Notes under the pieces: model-generated | What the model was told of the DNA's origin: nothing | Databases searched by the model: none | What the model saw: only the letters and a program-made list of their open reading frames with translations | Made by a program: the position numbers and the translations under genes | NCBI GenBank assembly: GCA_051294375.1 | Contig: CM119269.1 | Coordinates: 1,504,537-1,568,536, forward strand | Length of the DNA stretch: 64,000 nucleotides | From: Paraspadella gotoi | Taxonomy: Eukaryota > Animalia > Chaetognatha | Direction: 5' to 3' | Shown here: positions 13,238 to 26,632 of the stretch, piece by piece | Numbering within the stretch: the stretch's first letter is position 1 | How the letters are laid out: the number at the start of each line of letters is the position of its first letter

Positions 13238-14790
13238 CCTCGTGGCCTGGTGTGCCTCTTGTTACGATAATGTTGGAAATGTTTGAAACGCTATCGTTAA
13301 CCTCTTTGAAGAGTAGACTCAAGGACAATAAGACGCTGCAGTAACCTTCGGGTTTCTGTTTATTTGTTGATAGTAATCGAGTCGCGAAACCGGTCACCCG
13401 CAGGAACGGGGGCGAAGGTCGGATCGAGAAGACGACGGCTTTTTGGTTGGGAGGAGGACCCCTCGTGGTGGCGATTATCTCAAATAAAATGACGAAAGAG
13501 ACGGGACGCGAAAAGCGCAGTGGTACATCGCCACGCTTCCGGTTTCGTAACAAATTTGACGTGATTTCTAATGACTCAGAAATGTGAGGATAACAACATT
13601 AAAATATGTATTTTAAACGAAAAAATGGTTTATTTAATTAGAAAAATAAACCCTATTTCTTTGTGTTATCATCTAAAACTTTTAAGTTTCCCTTTAATAT
13701 GAACCCTCAATGGGTTTTTATCTAAACAAAAACTTAACGATGGAAGAAAGTGGAAGAACAAAGAAAAAATAAAAGAACAGAATAATAGAAAATAAGGAAT
13801 AGAAAGAAAGTGTAGAACGGCAGAGAACAAGAAGAAAGAAAAGTAACAGAATGATAGAAAAGTAAGGAACAGAAAGAAAAAGAATAGAAAAAAGAATAGA
13901 AAGAAAGAAAGATCAGTAACCTTTTCCTGACGTGATCATCGCTACTTCTCTTCGTAAATTCTTGTAGTCAGAAACTATCGGAGGCACGACTACCGTACTT
14001 TTCGCCGACAGATTGAACCTGATAAAAATAATACTGCAGTGCTCACAACTTATATGTGAGGAGAATAGTCTTTCATTCCTACAGTACACTTAAATATTTT
14101 AATTGTATTTTGACTTTCTTTCGCTATTTAAAATAGTATAGAGGTAAACGAAAATCGTTGGAATAGCAATCTTTATTTTTATTATTGTACAATGTACATG
14201 TTTCGACTCTTAGTGGTACGAGTCTCATCAGCAACTCTGTAATATTTTAACTTGAAAATCAACGGGATATAGAAATGAAACTATATCATAATTAAATTGA
14301 ATATTGAACTATAACAATATCATTTAAAGTATTTCATTTATCTTTAACAAACACTTTTTGAAAAAAAAATTCGAAAAAAAGTACTAGAAATTCTAGTAGA
14401 ATATTAGAAAAAGTGAAAAAAATTCAAGAAGCTTAATATAATTAAAAAAAAGAGGGCCAGTCTTTACTTTTTTTCTACGTTATTCATAAAATTACGTCAA
14501 GATTAAAACAATAATAACGCTAATATTAAAAGCTTTTTAATGAAACTGTTTCTGCTTATCATAACGCATGATCAACACGTACCTCAAAAAGAAAAAAAAA
14601 AATTAATTTATGGTATATTGGAGCATGTATGGAAACGAAAGGGTTTTCCGGCACAATCTTCGGAGGTTCTTGACGATAGAAAAGAATGTCTACTCGTGCT
14701 GTCGTTGTGGTTCGGCAACCAAAGGAGCGTTCGAAATGCCACCAGTCCAGTTGCGGTGTTCTCCCGCTTCGCCCCAGTAAGCCAGTAAAG
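13238..14790 (-). CDS. Possible divergent von Willebrand factor A domain exons
   Basis: Fragments GCRTTTTARVDILF..KIVPENPF (about 14720-14640), FNLSAKSTVVVPPIVSDYKNLRREVAMITSGK (14018-13921, AG/GT flanked) and TGSVAMYHCAF..KAVVF (about 13545-13430) fall in vWA motif order. The DxSxS motif is not visible. Confidence 0.3.
14192..14234 (-). ncRNA. Minimal type I hammerhead ribozyme motif (Penelope-like)
   Basis: RC = TTG CTGATGA GACTC gtaccactaa GAGTC GAAAC AT GTA CAT: intact core, 5-bp stem II, palindromic ACATGT stem III; stem I is short. Confidence 0.7.
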
Positions 14791-15145
14791 CCTCTGAATT
14801 GTTTAGAGCCCCTTGATCATTGTGGTTTGATGATACCACTGGCGAGGAAGGTAAATTCATTGAGATACGGCATTAAAATCTCAATTTGTTTTCTACAAGT
14901 ACTCGTAAATTTAAATTCAGATTTACATTTTTACCATGCACAAGATTGTGTATAAAACAAACACCTGAATAATTGCAGTGATCAAATGCGGATTTAGGCC
15001 ATGCTAGCCTGGATGGTCCTTCCCGTGTGTATGTCTCAAAGCTTTTGTGCAAGTAGCCTGTCTATGCGCGCCACAAGGGAGGTGGGATGCCACGCGTCAA
15101 AGGCAGCCTGTGTGATTGTTAGGTTGTTCCACATTTCTTAAACTC

Positions 15146-15980
15146 ATCAGGATAAGATTAGGATATATCTATACATCTACTTCTCATCTCAAGTCTGGAA
15201 GTACAAGTCAGTTAATAAATCGATCCACTTTCAATCAACCTTAAAATGAAAATATTTTCAAAAATTACCATTATTGTTTTTTTTTCCCAATATTCAGTTC
15301 TCTCTGTAACTCTTTACGGGAAATTAGGCAGCTTATGGACTTCTTGTTCCGGAAGTATTCAGAGCAGGCTATCTCACAATGACTCTCTACTGGTAAGAAT
15401 TTTTCTTTAGCCGGATCTGCTTACAGCAGATCTCGGCTCTTTAATTAACTCTGTCGGTCTGTCGGTAAGTCACTTGTATCATCTCAGAACATCGAATTAT
15501 AGAAAATTTACAAAAAAATGATGTCCCTTCGTCTGTTCGTCCGTATGTCCGTCCCCCCTTAGCTTTGAACGCCAATTACTCATGAATGGATGAGGCGATT
15601 GTGTAATTGTGTAAATCAAGTTTCTATAGAATCATCCAAGTGGAAATGAGTTAAAATGGAAAAAAAAAAATCACTATTCGATTAAGCTTTTTTTCTCTTT
15701 ATATTAAATGTAAATTCAAAATGCATTATTAATTAATTATTGATAAATTAGTAATTAATTATTATTTTGTAATTAATTAATTCATTAATTAATTTTGTGA
15801 TCGAGATTGTTCTTTTGTGATTGAGAGGCGAGACGAAGTGGAAAACGATTAAAAAAAATATTAATTAATTATTTTTATTAATTATTGTTATTCATTAATT
15901 AATTAATTATCTGATCAGCTGCTTACCGCTAATGATCGTGGGCAGATCCGGCATTGTTTGCTCAAACTTGTTCATGCCTA

Positions 15981-16013
<33 letters not shown>

Positions 16014-17750
16014 AGTGGTGTAACCGTGATTCCACTGAAGTAGACGAGTGATTTAATTAAATAAATCTAAATAAAATCATTAATAGTAATAACTTGTATG
16101 TAATCCTCCGAGTGCCCAGGTAATTATTCAAAACCGAAAGTGGATAGTAAGGCGTAGTAAAATTTCTAAATTTAACTTTAATTAAAATTCTAAAAGTGAG
16201 GAACGAACAACATTATACTAATAAACGTTTATGTACTAAAAAAATTTTTAAGAAATTTTACAATTTACGCAGTAGGCCATATTTATACTAGTATTAAACC
16301 AATAATTGTTAAAATTTGAAAACAGTTTTTTCTAAGATTTTTTTGCAGATTTGGATTCGTCATAAAAAGTTTATAAAAAGAAATATAACTCTTTTTGAAA
16401 AATTTCTTCATTAAGAGGTCAAAAATTAGAAAAAGCTATATTTTAAGCTGAAAATTAACTTTTTATATATTTAATATAGTTTTTTTTATTTTTAACCCAC
16501 TTAATGAAATAATTTTTAAAAATGATTCATATTTTCTTTTATCAACTTTTGACGAGGAATTCAAATCTGCAATCAAAATTAAGAAAAGCCTATTTTGAAA
16601 TTTTTCGATTTTATAAGGATAGTATTATATAAATATAGCCTACTGCGAAAATTAAAAAACATAAAATTAATTTTCTTTACAAATTAATGTTCACTGATGG
16701 TATGTTGTTCATAATTGACTTTTAGAATCTTCGTATGTAACTTTCACTACGCCTTAGTGGATAGTTCTGAATAATGTTCAATGCTATTTGCACCGTGATC
16801 AGTTTGTGACGGCGGCGATGACCATGGTGTCGGCGAAGCCTGCATTTGCCTTAAACCACGTGGTTTGACTTCCATATGCTTCAGTCGAGTAAACCAAAAG
16901 CGGATATTGAGCGTTAGTAATTTTAGGAAGGCATGTCGGATCGCTCCTGTTGGTTTTTAGTAGTAGTTAAAATATCAAGCTAATTTTGTAGTTGTTGTAA
17001 AGCGTTATACCTGATGACAACCATGATCCATCCCTGTTCATCCTTACAATGAAAGTTACTTCGGTACACATAGAACAGCCTTGTGGATGTTTCGAACTGA
17101 AATATTTTCCCTAAGATTGTCAATGGTACAAATGAAATTTTTTAATATTTTTTTAACCTATTTTATAAATTTATATTTTTTTTTAGCCGGATCTGCTTAC
17201 GGCAAATTCCGGCTCTATAATTCACTTTGTCAGTCCGTCGGNNNNNNNNNNNNNNNNNNNNNNNNNNNNNNNNNNNNNNNNNNNNNNNNNNNNNNNNNNN
17301 NNNNNNNNNNNNNNNNNNNNNNNNNNNNNNNNNNNNNNNNNNNNNNNNNNNNNNNNNNNNNNNNNNNNNNNNNNNNNNNNNNNNNNNNNNNNNNNNNNNN
17401 NNNNNNNNNNNNNNNNNNNNNNNNNNNNNNNNNNNNNNNNNNNNNNNNNNNNNNNNNNNNNNNNNNNNNNNNNNGTGGAAATGAGTTAAAATGGAAAAAA
17501 CAATCTATTTCACTGTTTGATTATGTTTTTTTTTATAATAAATGTAAATTTAAGCTGCATTAATTAATTATTAATAAATAAGTAATTAATTAATTATTTA
17601 TTTTTTGTAATTAATTAATTAATTAATTTCAAGATTGTTTTGTGATTGAGAGGCGAGACAAAGTGGAAAACTATTTTGACACGAATAAATTTTTTTTTAT
17701 TAATTAATTAATTAATTAATTATCTGATCAGCTGCTTACCGCTAATGATC
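15146..17750 (+). repeat. Direct duplicate (second haplotype) of about 3282-5365, including host exons 15146-15205 and 15298-15392
   Basis: Collinear near-identity apart from the MITE at 16148-16756. Confidence 0.85.
16148..16756. mobile_element. Complete 609-bp hAT-type MITE
   Basis: TIR TAAGGCGTAGT...ACTACGCCTTA, perfect 8-bp TSD GTGGATAG (16140-16147 and 16757-16764), empty site at 4373-4380. No coding capacity. Confidence 0.9.
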
Positions 17751-20700
17751 GTACAAGCGCCGGTAAAAAAACGGTGTCATTTGCAAACCAGTGGTTATTT
17801 TACTGATTTTAAAATTTAGTTGAGTAGAAAATACTAAAACTNNNNNNNNNNNNNNNNNNNNNNNNNNNNNNNNNNNNNNNNNNNNNNNNNNNNNNNNNNN
17901 NNNNNNNNNNNNNNNNNNNNNNNNNNNNNNNNNNNNNNNNNNNNNNNNNNNNNNNNNNNNNNNNNNNNNNNNNNNNNNNNNNNNNNNNNNNNNNNNNNNN
18001 NNNNNNNNNNNNNNNNNNNNNNNNNNNNNNNNNNNNNNNNNNNNNNNNNNNNNNNNNNNNNNNNNNNNNNNNNNNNNNNNNNNNNNNNNNNNNNNNNNNN
18101 NNNNNNNNNNNNNNNNNNNNNNNNNNNNNNNNNNNNNNNNNNNNNNNNNNNNNNNNNNNNNNNNNNNNNNNNNNNNNNNNNNNNNNNNNNNAATAAAATC
18201 CACTTTGGTTTCGCCTAGAAATCCCTGTCTGTTTACTTAATTGTAAGTATCATGAAAGAGCCTGAAAAAATAGGCAATCACAATTTGCTAAAAATCTTAA
18301 ATTTACCCTCCAGTTATTGATTTTTGGANNNNNNNNNNNNNNNNNNNNNNNNNNNNNNNNNNNNNNNNNNNNNNNNNNNNNNNNNNNNNNNNNNNNNNNN
18401 NNNNNNNNNNNNNNNNNNNNNNNNNNNNNNNNNNNNNNNNNNNNNNNNNNNNNNNNNNNNNNNNNNNNNNNNNNNNNNNNNNNNNNNNNNNNNNNNNNNN
18501 ATCTGATTAGCTGATTACCGCTTAATTATCGTTGGCAGATGTTTGCTTAAACTTGTTTTTTTGAAAACTTTATTTATCATCATTTTCTGGACAACTCGGG
18601 ATGATAAACAAGTATTTTGATTAAATTTATGTGCATAATTATTAGTTTAGTATCCGAACAGGGTTTGACCCGTTTTTGAGTCCTAATCTGTTCTTACCGT
18701 TTTCCAATTTTGGGCCTACAATTGTTTTATTGTGGCCATTTTTTGTGAACCAATTGTATGGTTTTGTATTTTTTCCGTCAAAAATGGATTCAACAACAGG
18801 GACGTCATCTTTGTAGAATGTCAGACGCACCTACGAAGTAAAAAAACAAGGAATGGTTATTCCAAGGTTTTGCGCTGCATTAGTACTTTTTCTTTAACTT
18901 TCTTGTATTTCTGTGTATATACAACACGCTCTGCATTGAAATCACATCTTTTATTTCTTATACAGGGAGGTCCAGGTCTTTTGGGATTAAATGAAAAAAT
19001 TTGTTTGGATGCGTAAATAAACGAATTATGATTTGAAAATTAGTACACATGTAAAGAATTATAATAACAACACAATATATTTAAAACAATCATCTTTGGG
19101 TTCAGAGAAGGCGGCATATGCTTTTGCGACTGCGCCCATTAGAAATTCCGCTATTCCTACAATTATTACTGCTGTCAAAAAGTCAAGAATTGTTGAGGGG
19201 AAGCGTAGGATATTCTGCTTCTGAGTCCTACATTTTTATTAATCAGCGGAATTACAGGAAAAAAAAGCGCAGTCAAAAGTCAAAAGTTACCATCCATCAT
19301 TTTGATTTTTGCCCAAATTTCCAAAAATTTTGTAAAGAACCAGCGCGAAAAAATATAATATGCTTTACAAAAAGCATTATTACAGGAGTTGCCACAACAT
19401 TTTTCAGACAATTTTGATATTGATTGAAATAAAAATTAGCCTACTTTCCAACTATAATCTTTTTTTTCTTCTATTGTTAACCGTTTTTATACTGTAAGCA
19501 CTTGAAGTTAGTTTCAAAAGAGCTGGAGATCCCTATAGTTTATAAGATTTTTTTAAAAACAAAAGGCGGCGCTCGTCGTCGCTTATATTTAAGGTCTTTT
19601 CTGTTTTAACAAATGAGCAACAAACTATAAGGATTATAACTTGCCTATAGGCGTTATCCACGTAAGTGGGACAGACTGATAAACATACCGACCGACAGAC
19701 CAACGGACCGACAGACCGACCAAAAAGTGAGTACATCAAGTAAAGTGACCACAACCAAAAAATTCCTACCTTTTTATCGTTGTTTTGAAATTGCAAATCC
19801 CATACAGATTCTGTGAGGTTGAGCTGAGTGAGAATATCGATTCCTGAGCCGGCACGAACTATTAATAGAATCACGTCACCTTGGAAAATAAATAATAAAA
19901 TTGATTAATTGTAAAGCGTATATGGAACAGTGTCTATTAATGAAAGATAAACAACACTTTGATTGTTGTCAGAAAAAGAGAGAGGAAAAAAAACAAGACC
20001 GGTCAATTCAATGTGTTGCGCCGAGGTGACTTTCTTAGCCTATGTATTTATAACTTCTTATAACTTCCTTCTTTTAATCTTTATAGTTTTTGGATTTTCT
20101 AAAGGTGGCGCTACCAATCATTTAGATTTTAGGTTTTTCCTGTCTTAACAAATGAGCACCTAACTTGTCGTTATGAAGCATTTTTTAACATATGTTGTGA
20201 CCAAGACCGATGGAAAGAACCGAACGACTGACCAACAGATAGAACCATACCGAAAAGTGAATTATGAGTTTGTTTCTGGCAAGTACTCGCGGCGCACTTC
20301 AAACCTTCGTTATTGAATCAAGATCGGATTGGGGACGACGAAGGACGAACGACGACGACGAAATGAGAACGAATTGGGACGACGAATGTTTATTTCATAA
20401 ATTTCATAATTTTTTTTAATTTGTCTTAAATTTTAATTAATTTAAATTTTAATTCTAAATTTTTGAGAGGAATCCCATATGTGAGAGAGTATCCCAGTGC
20501 GGGAGAAATACATTGGAGGTCTCCCGTGTGGGAGGAATTCCTGTGTGAGAAGAAGATCCCGTGGGGAGGAATTCGTTGTGGGAGAATTCGCCCAGTGGAA
20601 GGAAGACCACCGGCAACAATTTGTTTGAATGGATAGAAAGTCCGCTTGGTGGCGAAGTCATTATTAGGCAGTGGATGGAATGCTAACCTGCCCATCTGGA

Positions 20701-23700
20701 CAGTGTCCAAGATTCAAACTTTTCCATGGCTTATTTATAAAAGGTGTTTAAAGTTATTTATTATAGATTTTATTTTCTTGTCCCTCACTTCCCCTTACCT
20801 TGATGCATGTTTATAATTTCCTGATCAAAGGATTTTTGATTTTTGATTGAGTGAACCATGTCTGACAACTCGAAATCGCTGTCAATGTCTCATTATAATG
20901 AGATGAGATGAGTTCGGAAATCTTTGTTCATCTCGTTGGTTTCTTGTCGATCTTCTCCAAATTTTTGGAGAATCCCGCATTCATAATATCGTCAAGTTTT
21001 CAGGAGATAGAAGTCTCCTTTCCGCTGCCTAAATGTTCCCAATTCTTGAATGGAAGAATTCAATTCATTGGTCGAGAGCCCCAAGTTTGATGTCAAGGTG
21101 AATGAGATTTCCGTATATTCGTCTGTCTCTTTTTATTTGATTGATAGTTTTGAAATCCTTGGTCTCTCTCGATGAAGTATTACTGAGCTGCTTTTCTTCA
21201 GACAACAATGGGGCGTCGATGTCATTGGTTTTTTTGTCAAGGATTGTTGCAGCATGAGACGGTGAATCCAATTAGAAATTTTCTGGCGATATGTCAGACT
21301 TGATGCCCAAAAACCCAGTATTTATATTCGCCGGTCTGGTTGAGGATGGCCATATCCAATTTTTCAATGGCATCATCTATATCTTTTGTTTCTTCTTCTA
21401 TTGTTTTATTCAAATCTACTAGATTGTCAGCCAGAATCCTTGCCTCGGAATCTACTTTGTCCTGCACAGTTGAAATGTTAGACTGTATATTCTTTGTTTC
21501 CTGTAAAAACTTTTCTTCAGCGCCTGAAATAACTTCAGAAATGTTTCTAGTTTTCACTTCTATACTAGTATCCAAGGTGTCTAGTTTTGTCCAAACCTGA
21601 TTGTTGTATAGAGACGTTTTATTGTCCAGCTTCGATAAAGCGAGGTCTATTTTTAAGGTCTCCTTGCTAAAATTTGTTTGAAGGCTGCCCAAACTTTTTT
21701 CAATTTCATTTGTTTCATTAATCAGCTTGCTTTCTAGAGTCCTCAAACCTCTGCCTATATCATCCGATCTATTAATGACTTCCTGATGAACTATATTAAG
21801 TTTTCCATCTATTTTTGTTGACCTTTCATCAATTGTATCATTGATGTTGTAAAGAGAATCGTCAACTTCTTTGAACTCTTCATCAAGTTTTGTGGTCAGA
21901 TTTGATATCGCCGTGTTGAACTCGTTTGTTTCCATCTTGACCACCTCGTCCAAGTTGACCAAGNNNNNNNNNNAAAACTTTTCTTCAGCGCCTGAAATAA
22001 CTTCAGAAATGTTTCTAGTTTTCACTTCTATACTAGTATCCAAGGTGTCTAGTTTTGTCCAAACCTNNNNNNNNNNNNNNNNNNNNNNNNNGTTTTGCGC
22101 TGCATTAGTACTTTTTCTTTAACTTTCTTGTATTTCTGTGAATATACAACACGCTCTGCATTGAAATCACATCTTTTATTTCTTATACAGGGAGGTCCAG
22201 GTCTTTTGGGATTAAATGAAAAAATTTGTTTGGATGCGTAAATAAACGAATTATGATTTGAAAATTAGTACACATGTAAAGAATTATAATAACAACACAA
22301 TATATTTAAAACAATCATCTTTGGGTTCAGAGAAGGCGGCATATGCTTTTGCGACTGCGCCCATTAGAAATTCCGCTATTCCTACAATTATTACTGCTGT
22401 CAAAAAGTCAAGAATTGTTGAGGGGAAGCGTAGGATATTCTGCTTCTGAGTCCTACATTTTATTAATCAGCGGAATTACAGGAAAAAAAAAGCGCAGTCA
22501 AAAGTCAAAAGTTACCATCCATCATTTTTGATTTTTGCCCAAATTTCCAAAAATTTTGTAAAGAACCAGCGCGAAAAAAATATAATATGCTTTACAAAAA
22601 GCATTATTACAGGAGTTGCCACAACATTTTTCAGACAATTTTGATATTGATTGAAATAAAAATTAGCCTACTTCCAACTATAATCTTTTTTTTTCTTCTA
22701 TTGTTAACCGTTTTTATACTGTAAGCACTTGAAGTTAGTTTCAAAAGAGCTGGAGATCCCTATAGTTTATAAGATTTTTTTTAAAAACAAAAGGCGGCGC
22801 TCGTCGTCGCTTATATTTAAGGTCTTTTCTGTTTTAACAAATGAGCAACAAACTATAAGGATTATAACTTGCCTATAGGCGTTACCAGTCAGTGAGGACA
22901 GACTGATAAACAATACGCACCAACAAGACCAACCGACCGACGTAGACACGACCCAAGTGACTATGAGGCTTCTTGAGTACAGTGCAATAACAAGTTTGAC
23001 ACAACCAAAAAAATTCCTACCTTTTTTATCGTTGTTTTGAAATTGCTTATCCCATAAGATTCTGTGAGGTTGAGCTGAGTGAGAATATCGATTCTGAGCC
23101 GCACGAACTATAATAGAACACGTCACCTTGAAAAAAAAATTAAAATTAATTAATTGTAAAGCGTATATGGAACAGTGTCTATTAATGAAAGATAAGACAA
23201 CATTTGATTGTTGTAGAAAAAGAGAGAAGGAAAAAAACAAGACCGTCAATTCAATGTGTTGCTTCCTAAAGAGATACTAATCTCTTAGCCATGTATTTAT
23301 AAACATGTCATTTGGAATTCCTTTTTTAATCTTTATAGTTTTTGGATTTTCTAAAGGTGGCGCTACAATCATTTAGATTTTAGGTTTTCCTGTCTTAACA
23401 AATGAACAACCAACTATAGGCCAGATATTAGCATTTTTTAACATAAGTGGGACAGGCCGACAGACAAATCAACACCGACAACTACCAAAAAGTGACTTAT
23501 AGAGTTGTCTGCAAGTACTCCTGGCGCTTAAAAGGTTGAATCAAGATCTGATGTGTGGATGACGATGATGTTATTTCAAAAATTTCTTAATTCTTTAAAA
23601 AAATTTTAATCTACTTCTTAAATTTAAATTAAATTTAAAATTAAACTCTCATTCTTCATAAATGAGGAAATCATAGAACTACTATTCTGTCAACCACTGA

Positions 23701-26594
23701 TTTTTTTATTAAATTTTTGTTTCTCTCTTCATTTTTCCAAAACCGATTGTTGGTTCTTGAGCGCGATTCCTCCCACACAGAAATTCCTCCCACACGACAA
23801 GATTCTACTCTCCCACGGGTCATTTCACACTCCCCACAAATTTCCTCCCACATACGGAGATTCCTCCCACACGGGATTCTTCCTTGGAATTCTCCCACAC
23901 TGGATTCTTCCCTCATGGGATTTCCCCCACATGAGATTCCTCCCGCAGGATTCCTCCCGCATGGGATTCATCCCACACAGAATTCCTTCTGCATAGAATT
24001 CCTCCCGCACGGGATTTCTCTTACATGGGATTCCTCCCGCATGGGATTTCTCCCGCACGAGATTCCTGCCCAGATTCAAACTTTTGCCATGGCTTATTTA
24101 TAAAAGGTGTTTAAAGTAATTTATTATAGATATTATTTTCTTGTCCCTCACTTCCCCCTTACCTTGATGCATGTTTATAATTTCCTGATCAAAGGAATTT
24201 TTGAAGATTTGATTGAGTGAAACATTGCCTGACAACTCGGAAATCGCTTTCAATGTCTCATTATGACGAGATGAGATGAGGGTCGAGACTTCGGAAATCT
24301 TTGTGTCAATCTCGTTGGTTTCGTTGTCGATCTTCTCCAGATTTTTTGAGAATCCCGCATTCATAATATCAGTCAAGTTTTTCAGGAGATGAGAGTCATC
24401 CTTTCCGCTGCCTAAATGGTTCCCCAATTCATTGATGGAAGAATTCAATTCATTGGTCGAGAGTCCCAAGTGTGATGTCAAGTTGATGAGATTTCCGTTT
24501 ATTTCGTCTGTCTCATTTTTTATTTGATCTGATAGTTTTGAGAATCCTTGGTCTCTCTCGATTGAAGTATTACTGAGCTGCTTGTTCATCAGAGCCAATG
24601 CGGCGTCGATGTCATTGGTTTCATTTGTCAAAGATTGTTGCAGCATCGAGACTGCTGAATCCAATTGAGAAATTTTCTGCGATATGTCAGACTTGATGCC
24701 CAAAAACCCAGTATTTATATCGCCGGTCTGATTGAGGATGGCCATATCCAATTTTTCAATGGCATCATCTATATCTTTTGTTTCTTCTTCTATTTGTTTT
24801 ATTCAAATCTACTAGATTGTCAGCCAGAATCCTTGCCTCGGAATCTACTTTGTCCTGCACAGTTGAAATGTTAGACTGTATATTCTTTGTTTCCTGTAAA
24901 AACTTTTCTTCAGCGCCTGAAATAACTTCAGAAATGTTTCTAGTTTTCACTTCTATACTAGTATCCAAGGTGTCTAGTTTTGTCCAAACCTGATTGTTGT
25001 ATAAAGACGTTTTATTTGTCCAGCTTTGATAAAGCGAGGTCTATTTTTAAGGTCTCCTTGCTAAAGTTCGTTTGAAGGCTTCCCAAACTTTTGTCAATTT
25101 CATTTGTTTCATTAATCAGCTTGCTTTCTAGAGTGCTCAAACCTCTGCCTATATTGTCCGATCTATTAATCACTTCCTGATGAACTATATTAAGTTTTCC
25201 ATCTATTTTTGTTGACCTTTCATAAATTGTATCATTGATGTTGTTAAGAGAATCGTCAACTTCTTTGAACTCTTCATCGAGTTTTGTGGTCAGATTTGAT
25301 ATTGCCGTGTCGAAATCGTTTGTTTCCATCTTGACCACCTTGTCCAAGTTGACCAAGTCCTTGTCAATCTCAATGGTTTCATTGTCAACTTTTTTGCTCA
25401 GTTTCCGTAATGATTCATCAATGGCATCTGTTTTGTGCAATAGCTTTTGTTGGGTCATTGCTATGGCCAGGTCCAAGTCATTCATATTTTTGATCAAGGT
25501 CTCATTGATCTTCCGGGAGGATTCGTCCAACTCCTTGGTCTCGTGAACAACAAGCGTCTTCAAACTCATCATCTCTTTTTGGATTTCCTCGGTTTCATTG
25601 TAGACCAACTTATGGAGATTCCCCAGGTTTGTGTCGATTTGATTTGTCTCCATCGTAACTTTCTGGTACAATTTGTCGACATTGGTGTCAATTTCATTCG
25701 TATGATTCATCCATTCTTGACTCAATTGTTGCTTTTCCTCCGTAATTTGTTCTTTGACTTTTGTCAAGTCGGCCAGCAGATGGTTCAAGACGTTCACTAC
25801 GTCGACCTTTATTTCATCTTTCATATCTTTCACTTTGACTGAAATTGAATCCAGATTTGTGCCTTTAAAGTCTCCATCCGCGTCCCCATGGAGCTTGCCC
25901 AATCGCTGAATTTAATAGAAAATGATTATTATTACATATAATATAAATACGATCTATATTACAGTGATGTCAAAATAATAAAATTTTATAAAATTAAAAT
26001 TTAGTTTATATATAATGAAAATAAAAACCAATAAAAATACTTATGGTAAATTTAATTTTTAATTTTATACATTAGTGAGCATCAGTGAGCTATATTTATA
26101 AATAGTAATAAGTTTATAATAGGCTAAATTTTAAAATGCAAAATTTTAAGATTGGATTTGGATTCAATTCAGAAAGTTAATATTAGAAAGTATAATTCTT
26201 TTTTAAAAATTCTTTCATTAAATTGGTCAAAAATGTAAAAAACTATATTTAAAAAGCCGATTTTCAATTTCCAGCTTAAAAATATAGTTTTTTGTAAATT
26301 TAACCTACTTAATCACTTAATTTTAAAAAAAGATTTATTATTTTTTATAAACTTTAAAAAAAAACATTTTAAAATTTTGACATGATACAAGGGTAGCATT
26401 ATGTTCAAAATAAGTTGACTGGGCTACTATATTTGTAAAAAAAAAACAAACTATTCACTAATATAATAGTTTTAAAGATATAACTGCTAACTTTCACTTC
26501 ACCTTAATATATATAAATATCCTCTTCATTAAATTTAAATAACTTTTATACCAGGAGAACTAAAAGTTTTTTCGACAGCTTTGAGTTTTTCTTG

Positions 26595-26632
<38 letters not shown>

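Larger units (their letters stand above)
6963..15145 (-). other. Inverted, error-rich block: second-haplotype copy of about 167-3282 plus further upstream sequence of the large gene
   Basis: 6963-10775 is the reverse complement of about 167-3282. The left end (ttttataagtctccttcgc) is the RC of about 3265-3282, and 15146 (atcaggataag) resumes at 3282, so flipping the block restores exon 3247-3342. The left edge is an N-gap. Confidence 0.85.

Noticed and set aside
17081-18514. Long ORFs containing X runs
   Set aside because: Artefacts of N-gaps.
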